Assembly (NCBI GenBank): GCA_045648175.1
Contig: JAZRNN010000029.1
Location: forward strand, 9,414 to 73,413
DNA from: Clostridia bacterium
GTDB taxonomy: Bacteria > Bacillota > Clostridia > Monoglobales > Monoglobaceae
Reading direction: 5' to 3'
DNA length: 64,000 nt
Under the pieces are notes generated by a model. It did no database searches. It had not been told where the DNA came from and saw only the letters and a list, made by a program, of their open reading frames with translations. Below are positions 55,474-64,000 of this stretch, in pieces (position 1 is the first letter of the stretch; the number at the start of each line of letters is the position of its first letter). Both the position numbers and the translations under genes were made by a program.

Positions 55474-56214
55474 ATGAAAATATTTACGATTATAAAGAAT
55501 TTCTTTTTCCCGCCGCAATGCATATTTTGCGACAAAGTTCTTGAGATAAATACCGAAAGTTGCATATGTGATGAGTGCAGAACTGCGGTAAAGCGTTGCG
55601 TAGACAAAATTTGTTGCGAAAAGTGCGGTAAGCCTATTGTCAGCCATGGCAAAAAGGTGCATTGTTTTCACTGCCTCGAGAACGAAACTCAGTATTTTAA
55701 CCGAATTGTATCTGTTTTTGAATATGACGGGCAGGTTAAACAATCGGTACAAAGATTTAAGGGAAGAAAAATTCAGAGCTATGCAGCAACCTATGCAGAG
55801 TGTATGGCAGAGAGATTAGAACAGGAATACAGGGATATAAAATTTGACTTAATGTGTGCCGTGCCTTCAAGCAGCGACAAAAAATTGACACAGGGCTTTG
55901 ATAATGTGGAGCTTATCTGCAAATATCTGTCAACACAAACGGGAATTCCCTTACAGAAAAATGTGCTGAAGAAAATTCGCAGGACAGATAAACAAACACA
56001 GCTTAATTATTATGAAAGAGCCGAAAATATCAAAAATAGTATATCAGTAAATAATTTGGAGGTTGTTAGAGATAAAATTGTCTTGCTTGTGGATGATGTT
56101 TGTACAACAAGAGCCACCCTGACCGAGTGTTCACGGGCGCTGAAAAAGGCGGGAGCAAGGAAGGTTTTTTGCCTGACCTTTGCTACGGCAATTAAAAAAT
56201 ACGGTAATACGTAA
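55474..56214 (+). CDS. comFC: ComF family protein (ComFC, phosphoribosyltransferase-like with an N-terminal Zn-finger).
   Basis: 246 aa with N-terminal CxxC...CxxC pairs and the C-terminal PRT motif VLLVDDVCTTRATL. Confidence 0.88.
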   Translation: MKIFTIIKNFFFPPQCIFCDKVLEINTESCICDECRTAVKRCVDKICCEKCGKPIVSHGKKVHCFHCLENETQYFNRIVSVFEYDGQVKQSVQRFKGRKIQSYAATYAECMAERLEQEYRDIKFDLMCAVPSSSDKKLTQGFDNVELICKYLSTQTGIPLQKNVLKKIRRTDKQTQLNYYERAENIKNSISVNNLEVVRDKIVLLVDDVCTTRATLTECSRALKKAGARKVFCLTFATAIKKYGNT

Positions 56215-56221
56215 AATTAAA

Positions 56222-56266
56222 AAGCAAAAATACTCCAAATTCGAAAATTTGGGGTATTTTTTTGCT
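56222..56266 (+). terminator. Rho-independent terminator after comFC.
   Basis: ATACTCCAAATT-CGAA-AATTTGGGGTAT followed by TTTTTT. Confidence 0.8.
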
Positions 56267-56360
56267 AAATAGAAGGAATTTTCAAATTTGTGTCGAAGAA
56301 AAAAGGGACAGACCTTTTTGCTATCGTGCTAAAAAGGAGAAAAAATGAGGTAATAAAGCT

Positions 56361-58895
56361 ATGTCAAAAGAAAATAATCACGAGGGATTGTTTGATGCTT
56401 CCAAGCTGAACATTGTTCCCGTAGAAATTGAAAAGGAAATGCGAAAGTCATATATCGAGTATGCGATGTCTGTTATTGTAGGACGTGCTCTGCCCGATGT
56501 GCGTGACGGCCTTAAGCCTGTTCACCGCCGTATACTTTATGCAATGTATGAAGATGGCTTGACTCCCGAAAAGGAATACCGCAAGAGTGCTACCACTGTA
56601 GGTAACGTTCTTGGTAGATACCATCCTCACGGTGATGCGTCTGTTTATGATGCAATGGTACGTATGGCACAGGATTTCTCGATGAGATATCCCACAGTTG
56701 ATGGCCACGGTAACTTTGGTTCTGTGGATGGTGACCCACCTGCTGCTTACCGTTATACCGAGGCAAGAATGTCAAAGATGGCAACTCGTATGCTTACCGA
56801 TATTGAGAAGGATACGGTTGACTTTATGCCAAACTTTGATGAAAGCCGCAAGGAGCCGATCGTTCTTCCCTCACGTTTTCCGCACCTTTTGGTAAACGGT
56901 TCTGATGGTATTGCCGTTGGTATGGCAACTAAAATTCCGCCTCACAATCTGACTGAGATTATTAACGGAATAATTGCGGTTATAGACAATCCTGAAATTA
57001 CTATAGACGAGCTTATGGAATATATCCCGGGCCCCGATTTCCCCACCGGAGCACAGATTATGGGCACAAGCGGAATTCGCTCGGCTTATCATACAGGTAG
57101 AGGCAAGTTGCGTCTTAGAGCCAAGGCGGAGATTGAGGAGCACAACGAAGGCCGTCAGCGGATTATCGTAACCGAAATTCCCTATATGGTTAATAAGGCA
57201 AGGCTTATCGAAAATATTGCAAAACTGGTTCACGAAAAGAGATTGGAAGGCATTTCTGACCTTCGTGATGAATCCGACCGTGACGGTATGCGCATTGTGA
57301 TTGAGGTTAAGCGTGATGCCAATGCAACAATTGTGCTTAATCAGCTTTATAAGTACACCCAGATGGAGGATACCTTCAGCGTAATTATGCTGGCACTTGT
57401 TAACCGCGTTGAACCAAAGGTTTTAAATCTTCGCGAAATTCTTGACCAGTATATAGAGTTCCAGAAGGATGTCATCGTAAGACGTTGCCGTTTTGATAAG
57501 AAAAAGGCAGAGGCAAGAGCACATATTCTCGAAGGCTTGAGAAAGGCTCTTGACAATATTGACGAAATTATAAGTATTATTCGAAACAGCTATAACGATG
57601 CAAAGCCAAACTTGATGGAACGCTTTGACTTTACTGATGTTCAGGCGCAGGCAATTCTTGATATGCGTCTCGCTCGTTTGCAAGGCTTGGAACGTGAAAA
57701 ACTGGATGCAGAATATGAAGAATTGATGGCATTTATTAAAGAAATGGAAGAAATTCTTGCCAGCGAACAAAAGGTGCTGGATGTTATCAAAACTGAAATC
57801 ACTGAAATCCGCGATAAATTTGGTGACGAAAGAAGAACATCAATTGAGGCTGTGGAAGATGATATCGACATTGAAGACCTTATCGAAGAAGAAGATAATG
57901 TAATAACAATGACAAAACAGGGCTACATCAAGCGTCTTGCTGTTGACACATACAAAAGCCAGAAACGTGGCGGCAAGGGTATTATTGGTATGCAAACCAA
58001 GGAAGAGGACTTTGTCAATACAATGTTTGTTGCGTCAACCCATGCATATATTTTGTTCTTTACAAATGCCGGCAAGATGTATCGTATAAAGGCTTACCAG
58101 ATTCCCGAGGCAGGTCGTCAGGCAAAGGGAACGGCTATAGTAAACCTTCTGCAGCTTGAACCGGGCGAGAAGATTTCTGCAATGATTCCCCTTCGTGAAT
58201 ATGTTGAGGGTGAATATCTTGTAATGGCAACAAGAAACGGTGTTATAAAGAAGACCGACATTATGGAATATGAAAATGCACCCAAGGGCGGAAAAATTGC
58301 CATTAATCTTGATGAGGGTGACGAGCTTATCAATGTAAAGAAAACCAATGGCACCGCTCACATATTTATGGGAACACATCAGGGCAAGATGATTCGCTTT
58401 GAAGAAAGCGATGTCAGAACGCTTGGCCGTGTATCCCGAGGTGTGCGTGGCATCCTACTGAAAGACGGCGACTATGTTGTGGGTATGGATATTATGCGTG
58501 AAGGGGCAAAAGTCCTTGTCATCAGCGAAAATGGTTACGGCAAAAAGACCGAGCTTAACGAATACAAGGTACAAAGCCGTGGCGGTCAGGGAACTACTAC
58601 CTACAAAATTTCTGAGGAAACAGGCGAAATTTCAGGGTTTGGACTTGTTACCGATGAGGATGATATTATCATTATTACCTCCGAAGGTGTAATTATTCGT
58701 ATCAATGCCGAAGATATCAACACTCTTAAACGTGTAACCAAGGGCGTAAGACTTATGCGACTTGGCGAAGGTGTAAAAATTGTATCTGCAGCATCGGTTG
58801 CCCGCGAAGAAGAACAGGACGAATCAACCGAAAATGCCGATGTTAACGTGGAAAACAACGCAGGATCTGTTGATAACTCTGTGGATAATGTGTAA
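56361..58895 (+). CDS. gyrA: DNA gyrase subunit A.
   Basis: 844 aa with [24 protein letters not shown], the active-site region [10 protein letters not shown] and a C-terminal beta-pinwheel with an acidic tail. Confidence 0.98.
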   Translation: MSKENNHEGLFDASKLNIVPVEIEKEMRKSYIEYAMSVIVGRALPDVRDGLKPVHRRILYAMYEDGLTPEKEYRKSATTVGNVLGRYHPHGDASVYDAMVRMAQDFSMRYPTVDGHGNFGSVDGDPPAAYRYTEARMSKMATRMLTDIEKDTVDFMPNFDESRKEPIVLPSRFPHLLVNGSDGIAVGMATKIPPHNLTEIINGIIAVIDNPEITIDELMEYIPGPDFPTGAQIMGTSGIRSAYHTGRGKLRLRAKAEIEEHNEGRQRIIVTEIPYMVNKARLIENIAKLVHEKRLEGISDLRDESDRDGMRIVIEVKRDANATIVLNQLYKYTQMEDTFSVIMLALVNRVEPKVLNLREILDQYIEFQKDVIVRRCRFDKKKAEARAHILEGLRKALDNIDEIISIIRNSYNDAKPNLMERFDFTDVQAQAILDMRLARLQGLEREKLDAEYEELMAFIKEMEEILASEQKVLDVIKTEITEIRDKFGDERRTSIEAVEDDIDIEDLIEEEDNVITMTKQGYIKRLAVDTYKSQKRGGKGIIGMQTKEEDFVNTMFVASTHAYILFFTNAGKMYRIKAYQIPEAGRQAKGTAIVNLLQLEPGEKISAMIPLREYVEGEYLVMATRNGVIKKTDIMEYENAPKGGKIAINLDEGDELINVKKTNGTAHIFMGTHQGKMIRFEESDVRTLGRVSRGVRGILLKDGDYVVGMDIMREGAKVLVISENGYGKKTELNEYKVQSRGGQGTTTYKISEETGEISGFGLVTDEDDIIIITSEGVIIRINAEDINTLKRVTKGVRLMRLGEGVKIVSAASVAREEEQDESTENADVNVENNAGSVDNSVDNV

Positions 58896-59059
58896 AACCT
58901 ACAGTTTCAGGCACTTATACTCTTGTGGAAAACCTCAAATATGTAAAACAAGACATCTTTTTGGCGAATTTTTGCAAAAATTAGCCGGATATGTGCACAT
59001 TGATGGAAAACCGGCAATTTTGAAACTGTAAATTTAGTTAATGCATACAATGTGACGGT

Positions 59060-59101
59060 AAAACCCCGAAACCCCTGATTTTACTAGGGTTTCGGGGTTT
59101 T
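59060..59101 (+). terminator. Rho-independent terminator downstream of gyrA.
   Basis: AAAACCCCGAAACCC...GGGTTTCGGGGTTTT, a 15-bp stem followed by a T-run. Confidence 0.85.
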
Positions 59102-59233
59102 AAAAATTTTAATTGTGCGATGTGCACAAAAGAGAAATGCTAAATTTGGGAAAATAACCTCTAACATTTTGTGAAAAAGTATGCTACAATTAATCTATCA
59201 AATTACGTTTAACAACGTGGGAGGTTATTATAA

Positions 59234-60346
59234 ATGGCTAGTTTAAGTTTAAGACAGATTGGTAAAATTTATCAGGGCGGTGTTGTTGGTGCAAGAGACA
59301 TCAACATCGAAATTGAAGATAAGGAATTTATCATTCTGGTAGGTCCTTCAGGTTGCGGTAAGTCTACTACTCTTAGAATGATTGCCGGTCTTGAAGAAAT
59401 TTCAGAAGGTGAGCTTTATATCGACGACAAGCTCGTTAACGATATGGCTCCTAAGGACAGAGATATTGCGATGGTTTTCCAGAACTATGCTCTCTATCCT
59501 CATATGACAGTATTTGATAACATGGCATTCGGCCTTAAATTGAGAAAGGTTCCGAAGGATGTTATCAAAGAAAAGGTACATGCAGCTGCAAAGATTCTTG
59601 ATATTGAACATCTCCTTGACAGAAAGCCCAAGGCTTTGTCTGGTGGTCAGAGACAGCGTGTTGCACTTGGACGTGCAATTGTTCGTGAACCTAAGGTATT
59701 CCTTATGGATGAACCTCTTTCAAACCTTGATGCAAAACTTAGAGTTCAGATGAGAGCTGAAATTGGTAAGCTTCACAAGAGATTGGGTACAACAGTAATC
59801 TACGTTACACATGACCAGACAGAAGCTATGACCATGGGTACAAGAATTGCTGTTATGAAGGATGGTTACCTCCAGCAGTGCGCAACACCTACAGAGCTTT
59901 ATGATGAACCTGTTAACCTCTTTGTTGCAGGATTTATCGGAAGCCCCCAGATGAACTTCATCAACGTTACTCTTGAAAAGAAGGAAGATGGTGTACATCT
60001 TGTAAATGATACTCTTGATGTTAAACTTCCCGAAGGCAAGGGCAGCCGTGAAGAGCTTGCTGATTACATCGGCAAGGAAATTATTATGGGTATCAGACCT
60101 GAATGTATCTACGAAGATGAAGCTCACATTGCAGCGATGCCTGATTCAGTAGTTGACGTTGATGTGGACCTTACAGAAATGATGGGTGCTGAAACCTATC
60201 TTTATCTTAAGAATGGTGATGTTTCAATGGTTGCTCGCGTTAACCGTCGTACAACCGCACAGCACGGTGATAAGATTAAAGCAGTATTTGATACCAATAA
60301 GGTTCATCTCTTTGACAAGGATACTGAAGTTGCAATTCTTCACTAA
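59234..60346 (+). CDS. msmX: Sugar-import ABC transporter ATP-binding protein (MsmX/MalK/UgpC type). It stands alone without permease genes.
   Basis: 370 aa with Walker [10 protein letters not shown], signature LSGGQRQR and Walker B FLMDEPLS, plus a C-terminal TOBE/regulatory domain. Confidence 0.9.
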   Translation: MASLSLRQIGKIYQGGVVGARDINIEIEDKEFIILVGPSGCGKSTTLRMIAGLEEISEGELYIDDKLVNDMAPKDRDIAMVFQNYALYPHMTVFDNMAFGLKLRKVPKDVIKEKVHAAAKILDIEHLLDRKPKALSGGQRQRVALGRAIVREPKVFLMDEPLSNLDAKLRVQMRAEIGKLHKRLGTTVIYVTHDQTEAMTMGTRIAVMKDGYLQQCATPTELYDEPVNLFVAGFIGSPQMNFINVTLEKKEDGVHLVNDTLDVKLPEGKGSREELADYIGKEIIMGIRPECIYEDEAHIAAMPDSVVDVDVDLTEMMGAETYLYLKNGDVSMVARVNRRTTAQHGDKIKAVFDTNKVHLFDKDTEVAILH

Positions 60347-60355
60347 GATAATTTT

Positions 60356-60385
60356 AAAAGGACTATGCATTGCATAGTCCTTTTT
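60356..60385. terminator. Bidirectional terminator between msmX and ybaK.
   Basis: AAAAGGACTATGCA-T-TGCATAGTCCTTTTT. Confidence 0.85.
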
Positions 60386-60867
60386 CATTTAACAATATCT
60401 GCAAATTCTGCTCCAACAAGTGCTGATAGGTCAAGGGGGTTCATTTTCAGTTGAGTTCCAAGTCGGCCACCGCTGAACATAATTATATCGAAATCTTTTA
60501 CACTTTGGTGTATAACCGTTTTAAATTGTTTTTTCATTCCAATTGGGCTGCAACCACCGCGGACGTATCCGGTGGTTGCAAGTAAATCCTTTACCGGCAG
60601 CATCTCAATTGATTTTTCGCCAACAGCTTTTGCGGACTTTTTTAAATCAAGCTCTTCTGCAACGGGGACTACAAATACAAAAAAGTCACCAGGCTTTCCT
60701 TTTGTGACTAAGGTCTTAAAGGTCTGAGAAAAGGGCTGCCCGAGTTTTTCGGCTATGGCGGTTCCTTCCATAAAACCGTCGCTTTCATAATTTATTACTT
60801 CAAAATCTAGTTTTGCCCGCTCGACAATTCTTACAGCATTCGTTTTTGTGTTTTTATCTTTTGCCAT
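60385..60867 (-). CDS. ybaK: Cys-tRNA(Pro)/Cys-tRNA(Cys) deacylase YbaK.
   Basis: 160 aa with TFKTLV...GYVRGGCSPIGMKK, typical of the YbaK/EbsC family. Confidence 0.88.
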   Translation of the reverse strand: MAKDKNTKTNAVRIVERAKLDFEVINYESDGFMEGTAIAEKLGQPFSQTFKTLVTKGKPGDFFVFVVPVAEELDLKKSAKAVGEKSIEMLPVKDLLATTGYVRGGCSPIGMKKQFKTVIHQSVKDFDIIMFSGGRLGTQLKMNPLDLSALVGAEFADIVK

Positions 60868-60966
60868 TTGATTTTCCTTTCGTAAACATAACTATTATAT
60901 TATTATACAAGGCTTTTATAAAAATATCAACATTGTAAAAATTTTTATGTATTTTCAATAATAACC

Positions 60967-60995
60967 TTGAAATTTTTCTAAATAAGTGATAAAAT
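60967..60995 (+). promoter_or_regulatory. SigmaA promoter of the decarboxylase cluster.
   Basis: TTGAAA, a 17-nt spacer, then TAAAAT with a TG extended -10, 45 nt upstream of the ATG at 61041. Confidence 0.55.
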
Positions 60996-61040
60996 GCATA
61001 ATGGGTAAGATTTGAATTCAAGTGAAGGGAGGCGTCTGTT

Positions 61041-61316
61041 ATGTCTAATACTTTTGTTTGCCTTATGGGTATGGGAACTGTATTTATCGGTCTTATTTGT
61101 ATTGTTCTTATTTGCAATATTATGAGTGCTGTTATGAGAAAGGTTTCAAAGCCGGCAGAAAAAACAGTTTCGTCAGCATCGGCCATTGCCCCTGTAGAGG
61201 TTAATATGCCGATTCAGGACAAGCAGGCTATAATTGCAGGTGCTTGTGCGGTTATTGCAGAAGAACTGGGAACAGATGTTAGAAATATCAGAGTTTTATC
61301 CTTTAAAAGGGTATAA
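61041..61316 (+). CDS. OadG-family small membrane subunit of a Na+-translocating decarboxylase.
   Basis: 91 aa with the N-terminal TM sequence CLMGMGTVFIGLICIVLICNIMS, typical of OadG. Confidence 0.8.
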   Translation: MSNTFVCLMGMGTVFIGLICIVLICNIMSAVMRKVSKPAEKTVSSASAIAPVEVNMPIQDKQAIIAGACAVIAEELGTDVRNIRVLSFKRV

Positions 61317-61381
61317 GCTCAAAACACAATTTGCTGAAAATCAGCAGGAATTCAATTAATATAAAACGGAGGTTTTACAAA

Positions 61382-61753
61382 ATGAAAAAGTATAAGGTAA
61401 ATGTAAACGGCACAGCGTATGAAATCGAAATCGAACTTATGAGCGAAACAGAGGCTACAGCAGCAAAAGCGGCAGCTCCCGCTCCTGCTGCAGCACCTGC
61501 AACAACTCCTGCACCTGCTCCCGCAGCAGCACCCGGCGCAGGCGAGGAGGTAAAAAGCCCTATGCCCGGAACAATTCTGTCTGTAAACGTTAAGGCAGGC
61601 GACGTTGTTAAAAAGGGTCAGGTTCTTATGATTTTAGAAGCTATGAAAATGGAAAATGAAATTATGGCAGGTGCAGACGGCACAGTTACATCTGTTATGG
61701 TAGCAGCAGGTCAGGCTGTTGAAGCAGGCGCTGCTCTTTGTACAATTCAGTAA
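61382..61753 (+). CDS. Biotin carboxyl carrier (biotinyl/lipoyl attachment) subunit.
   Basis: ORF track 61331..61753. The ATG at 61382 follows a GGAGG RBS. The product has an Ala/Pro-rich linker and the biotinylation motif EAMKMENEI. Confidence 0.9.
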   Translation: MKKYKVNVNGTAYEIEIELMSETEATAAKAAAPAPAAAPATTPAPAPAAAPGAGEEVKSPMPGTILSVNVKAGDVVKKGQVLMILEAMKMENEIMAGADGTVTSVMVAAGQAVEAGAALCTIQ

Positions 61754-61776
61754 AAAGAAAGGCAGTTGACCCTGAT

Positions 61777-63396
61777 ATGAAAAAAAGAATCTTTGCAGCG
61801 TGTCTTGCGGTAATGGTAATGATTTTATCAATGGTTACCTGTTTTGCGGCAGAAGACGCAGATGCACTTATAATAAAAAATGCAGCTTATGACAACAATC
61901 AAAAAAATTTGAGTTTTGATGTTGCAAACACAACAGGCGAGGAACTCATTTTTGCTGTTGCAGGCTTTACTTATGATGAGTCTCAGGTTGTTATCGGTAA
62001 ATTACAGAAAGAATTGTCCGTAATGGCTATTGAGCCCGGCGGTGAAGTTGCATTTACTTTGCCCGTAGAGATTCCTTCATATAACAAAGAGACTCTTCCA
62101 AAGTTTGGAATCACAATGCAGTATATGCCGGCAAATTCAACAGATATTGATTTGACCAAGGCGGCAGGTGTTCAGGAAATAAAAATTGACAACATCTTTG
62201 CACCGGCTGCAACACCTATGGAGGCAATTGTAAACTTCCTTAACCAAACAGGTTTTATGGCAATTGCAAACAACTGGAAGGTTGCGGTTATGCTTCTTAT
62301 CTCATTTGTACTGTTATATCTTGCAATTGTTAAAAAGTTTGAGCCATTGCTCCTTCTCCCGATTGCTTTTGGTATGCTCCTTACAAACCTTCCCGGTGCG
62401 GATATGTTCCACGAAGAGCTTTTTGCTGACGGACATGTTCATTGGGAACTGTTCAGTGCAACAAATGCAATTACGCCCGGTCTTATCGACATCCTTTACC
62501 TTGGTGTAAAGCTTGGTATTTATCCTTGCCTTATCTTCCTTGGTGTTGGTGCAATGACCGACTTTGGACCGCTGATTGCAAATCCCAAGAGCCTTCTTCT
62601 TGGTGCAGCAGCACAGTTGGGTATATTTATGACATATATTGCCGCAGCAAGCTTATTTGGATTTAATTCTGCTGAAGCAGGCTCAATTGGTATAATCGGC
62701 GGCGCTGATGGACCTACAGCAATTTTTGTAACAACAAAACTTGCCCCACACCTTCTTGGTCCTATTGCTGTTGCAGCATACTCATATATGGCACTGGTTC
62801 CTGTAATTCAGCCGCCTATTATGAAACTTCTTACAACAAAGAAGGAACGTCAAATTGTAATGCGTCCTCTTCGTGAGGTCTCAAAGACCGAAAAGATCGT
62901 ATTTCCTATTGCAATTACAGTGTTCGTAACACTCCTTGTTCCCTCAGCAGGTCCTTTGGTTGGATGCTTGATGCTTGGTAACCTTGCAAGAGAATGCGGG
63001 GTTGTTGACAGAATTTCAAAGACAGCACAGAACGAGCTTATGAATATTGTAACAATATTCCTTGGTATTTCTGTTGGTGCAACTGCAACGGCAGATACCT
63101 TCCTGCAGTTCAGAACAATTGCAATCATCGTTATGGGTGTTGTGGCATTTGGATTTGGTACAGCAGGCGGCGTTCTTCTTGCAAAGTTTATGAACCTCTT
63201 CCTGAAGAACAAAATCAATCCTCTTATTGGTTCGGCAGGCGTTTCTGCAGTTCCGATGGCAGCGCGTGTATCACAGGTTGTAGGCCAAAAGGAAAATCCC
63301 CAAAACTTCCTGCTTATGCACGCAATGGGTCCCAATGTGGCAGGCGTAATTGGTTCTGCAATTGCGGCAGGCGTTCTTATAGCACTCTTTGGTTAA
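61777..63396 (+). CDS. Na+-translocating decarboxylase beta subunit (OadB/GcdB/MmdB family) with an atypical 147-aa N-terminal extension.
   Basis: ORF track 61738..63396. The likely start is the ATG at 61777 ([24 protein letters not shown]). The OadB-homologous part begins near residue 148 ([13 protein letters not shown]...[26 protein letters not shown]) and runs to the end. Confidence 0.85.
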   Translation: MKKRIFAACLAVMVMILSMVTCFAAEDADALIIKNAAYDNNQKNLSFDVANTTGEELIFAVAGFTYDESQVVIGKLQKELSVMAIEPGGEVAFTLPVEIPSYNKETLPKFGITMQYMPANSTDIDLTKAAGVQEIKIDNIFAPAATPMEAIVNFLNQTGFMAIANNWKVAVMLLISFVLLYLAIVKKFEPLLLLPIAFGMLLTNLPGADMFHEELFADGHVHWELFSATNAITPGLIDILYLGVKLGIYPCLIFLGVGAMTDFGPLIANPKSLLLGAAAQLGIFMTYIAAASLFGFNSAEAGSIGIIGGADGPTAIFVTTKLAPHLLGPIAVAAYSYMALVPVIQPPIMKLLTTKKERQIVMRPLREVSKTEKIVFPIAITVFVTLLVPSAGPLVGCLMLGNLARECGVVDRISKTAQNELMNIVTIFLGISVGATATADTFLQFRTIAIIVMGVVAFGFGTAGGVLLAKFMNLFLKNKINPLIGSAGVSAVPMAARVSQVVGQKENPQNFLLMHAMGPNVAGVIGSAIAAGVLIALFG

Positions 63397-63466
63397 GAAT
63401 TAAAAACGAAATAGCCATTACGGCTTTTCGTCTAAAGCATAATTATACAGAAAGGAAACTAGAATT

Positions 63467-64000
63467 ATGTCAAAAGTATATATTACAGATACAATTCTTC
63501 GTGATGCTCATCAGTCACAGGCTGCAACCCGTATGAAGCTTGAAGATATGATTCCCGCACTTGAGACACTTGATAAGGTGGGATATTGGTCTTTGGAATG
63601 TTGGGGCGGCGCAACATTTGACGCATGTATGAGATTTTTGAACGAAGATCCGTGGGAAAGACTGCGTACATTAAAGAAGCATCTTCCCAACACAAAACTG
63701 CAGATGCTTTTCCGTGGTCAGAACATCCTGGGCTATAAGCACTATGCAGATGACGTTGTTGAACAGTTCTGCAAAAAATCAATTGAAAACGGAATAGATG
63801 TAGTAAGAGTATTTGATGCTCTCAACGATCCCAGAAATCTTGAGGCGGCAATCAAGTATGTTAAATACTATGGAGGACACCTTGAAGCTGCTATCAGCTA
63901 TACGGAAAGTCCTGTTCACAACGAGGAATACTTTGTTGATTTGGCTTGCCGTCTTGAAGAAAAGGGTGCAGACTCAATCTGTATCAAGGACATGGCAAAC
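63467..64000 (+). CDS. Oxaloacetate decarboxylase alpha / pyruvate carboxylase subunit B-type carboxyltransferase. The 3' end is outside the window.
   Basis: Absent from the ORF track because no stop falls in the window. The ATG at 63467 follows an AAAGGAA RBS. Manual translation gives [28 protein letters not shown]...[23 protein letters not shown]...[11 protein letters not shown]. Confidence 0.9.
   Translation, partial: MSKVYITDTILRDAHQSQAATRMKLEDMIPALETLDKVGYWSLECWGGATFDACMRFLNEDPWERLRTLKKHLPNTKLQMLFRGQNILGYKHYADDVVEQFCKKSIENGIDVVRVFDALNDPRNLEAAIKYVKYYGGHLEAAISYTESPVHNEEYFVDLACRLEEKGADSICIKDMAN

Noticed and set aside
56345-56353. Two-codon mini-ORF (ATG AGG TAA) with a strong AAGGAG RBS, 8 nt before the gyrA start.
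   Set aside because: It could be a start-stop leader, but it could equally be chance sequence. The GAGG inside it probably serves as the gyrA Shine-Dalgarno. There is no way to support a function from the sequence alone.
60854-61186. 110-aa minus-strand ORF spanning the ybaK/oadG divergent promoter region.
   Set aside because: It overlaps the ybaK start, the oadG promoter and the 5' end of oadG. It has no RBS and no recognisable domain.

Overview
The window is a 64-kb, origin-proximal chromosomal segment of a low-GC Firmicute. I infer Clostridia, probably an Oscillospiraceae/Ruminococcus-like gut anaerobe, from PolC, Soj/Spo0J, the cohesin/dockerin proteins and gene content. About 55 CDS, one tmRNA and one decayed pseudogene are supported. 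I found no tRNA, rRNA, CRISPR array, transposase, integrase or recognisable defence genes.

Gene layout:
- Positions 1-34608 are almost entirely minus-strand genes:
  - a Mor-like regulator followed by three very large secreted proteins (cohesin-like, dockerin/CotH/phosphodiester glycosidase, Cys-rich)
  - an 8-gene aromatic amino acid operon (pheA-aroB-aroC-aroE/K-aroQ-aroA-tyrA-aroF)
  - a small hydrophobic peptide gene, ssrA and smpB
  - a Wzt ATPase, two paralogous dual-GT2 glycosyltransferases and an orphan histidine kinase
  - dnaN-recF-remB-gyrB-thyA-folA
- From 35071 onward the genes are mostly plus-strand. In order:
  - ferredoxin, rsmG, fruK pseudogene, pgm (minus strand), rpiB, ispG
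  - polC, tex, a MATE transporter, two parS sites, soj-spo0J, serS
  - pdxK and rsuA (both minus strand)
  - metY, an RHH-XRE-comFC trio, gyrA, msmX
  - ybaK (minus strand)
  - a Na+-decarboxylase cluster (oadG-BCCP-oadB-carboxyltransferase)

Most notable observations:
- The strand switch at 34609-35070 is about 80% AT. It carries a perfect DnaA box, a DnaA-trio-like (TAG)n run next to an almost pure AT tract, and dnaN immediately beside it. I read this as oriC, yet no dnaA gene is in the window and gyrA lies 24 kb from gyrB on the other strand.
- The Mor-headed cohesin/dockerin surface module includes a (PTGDV)x29 15-bp tandem repeat.
- The Wzt/twin-glycosyltransferase/orphan-kinase operon has no adjacent permease.
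- The OadB beta subunit has a 147-aa secreted-type N-terminal extension.
- A self-contained 35-aa hydrophobic peptide gene sits next to ssrA.

Most of the window is ordinary housekeeping. No claim of a new system is strongly supported by the sequence alone.
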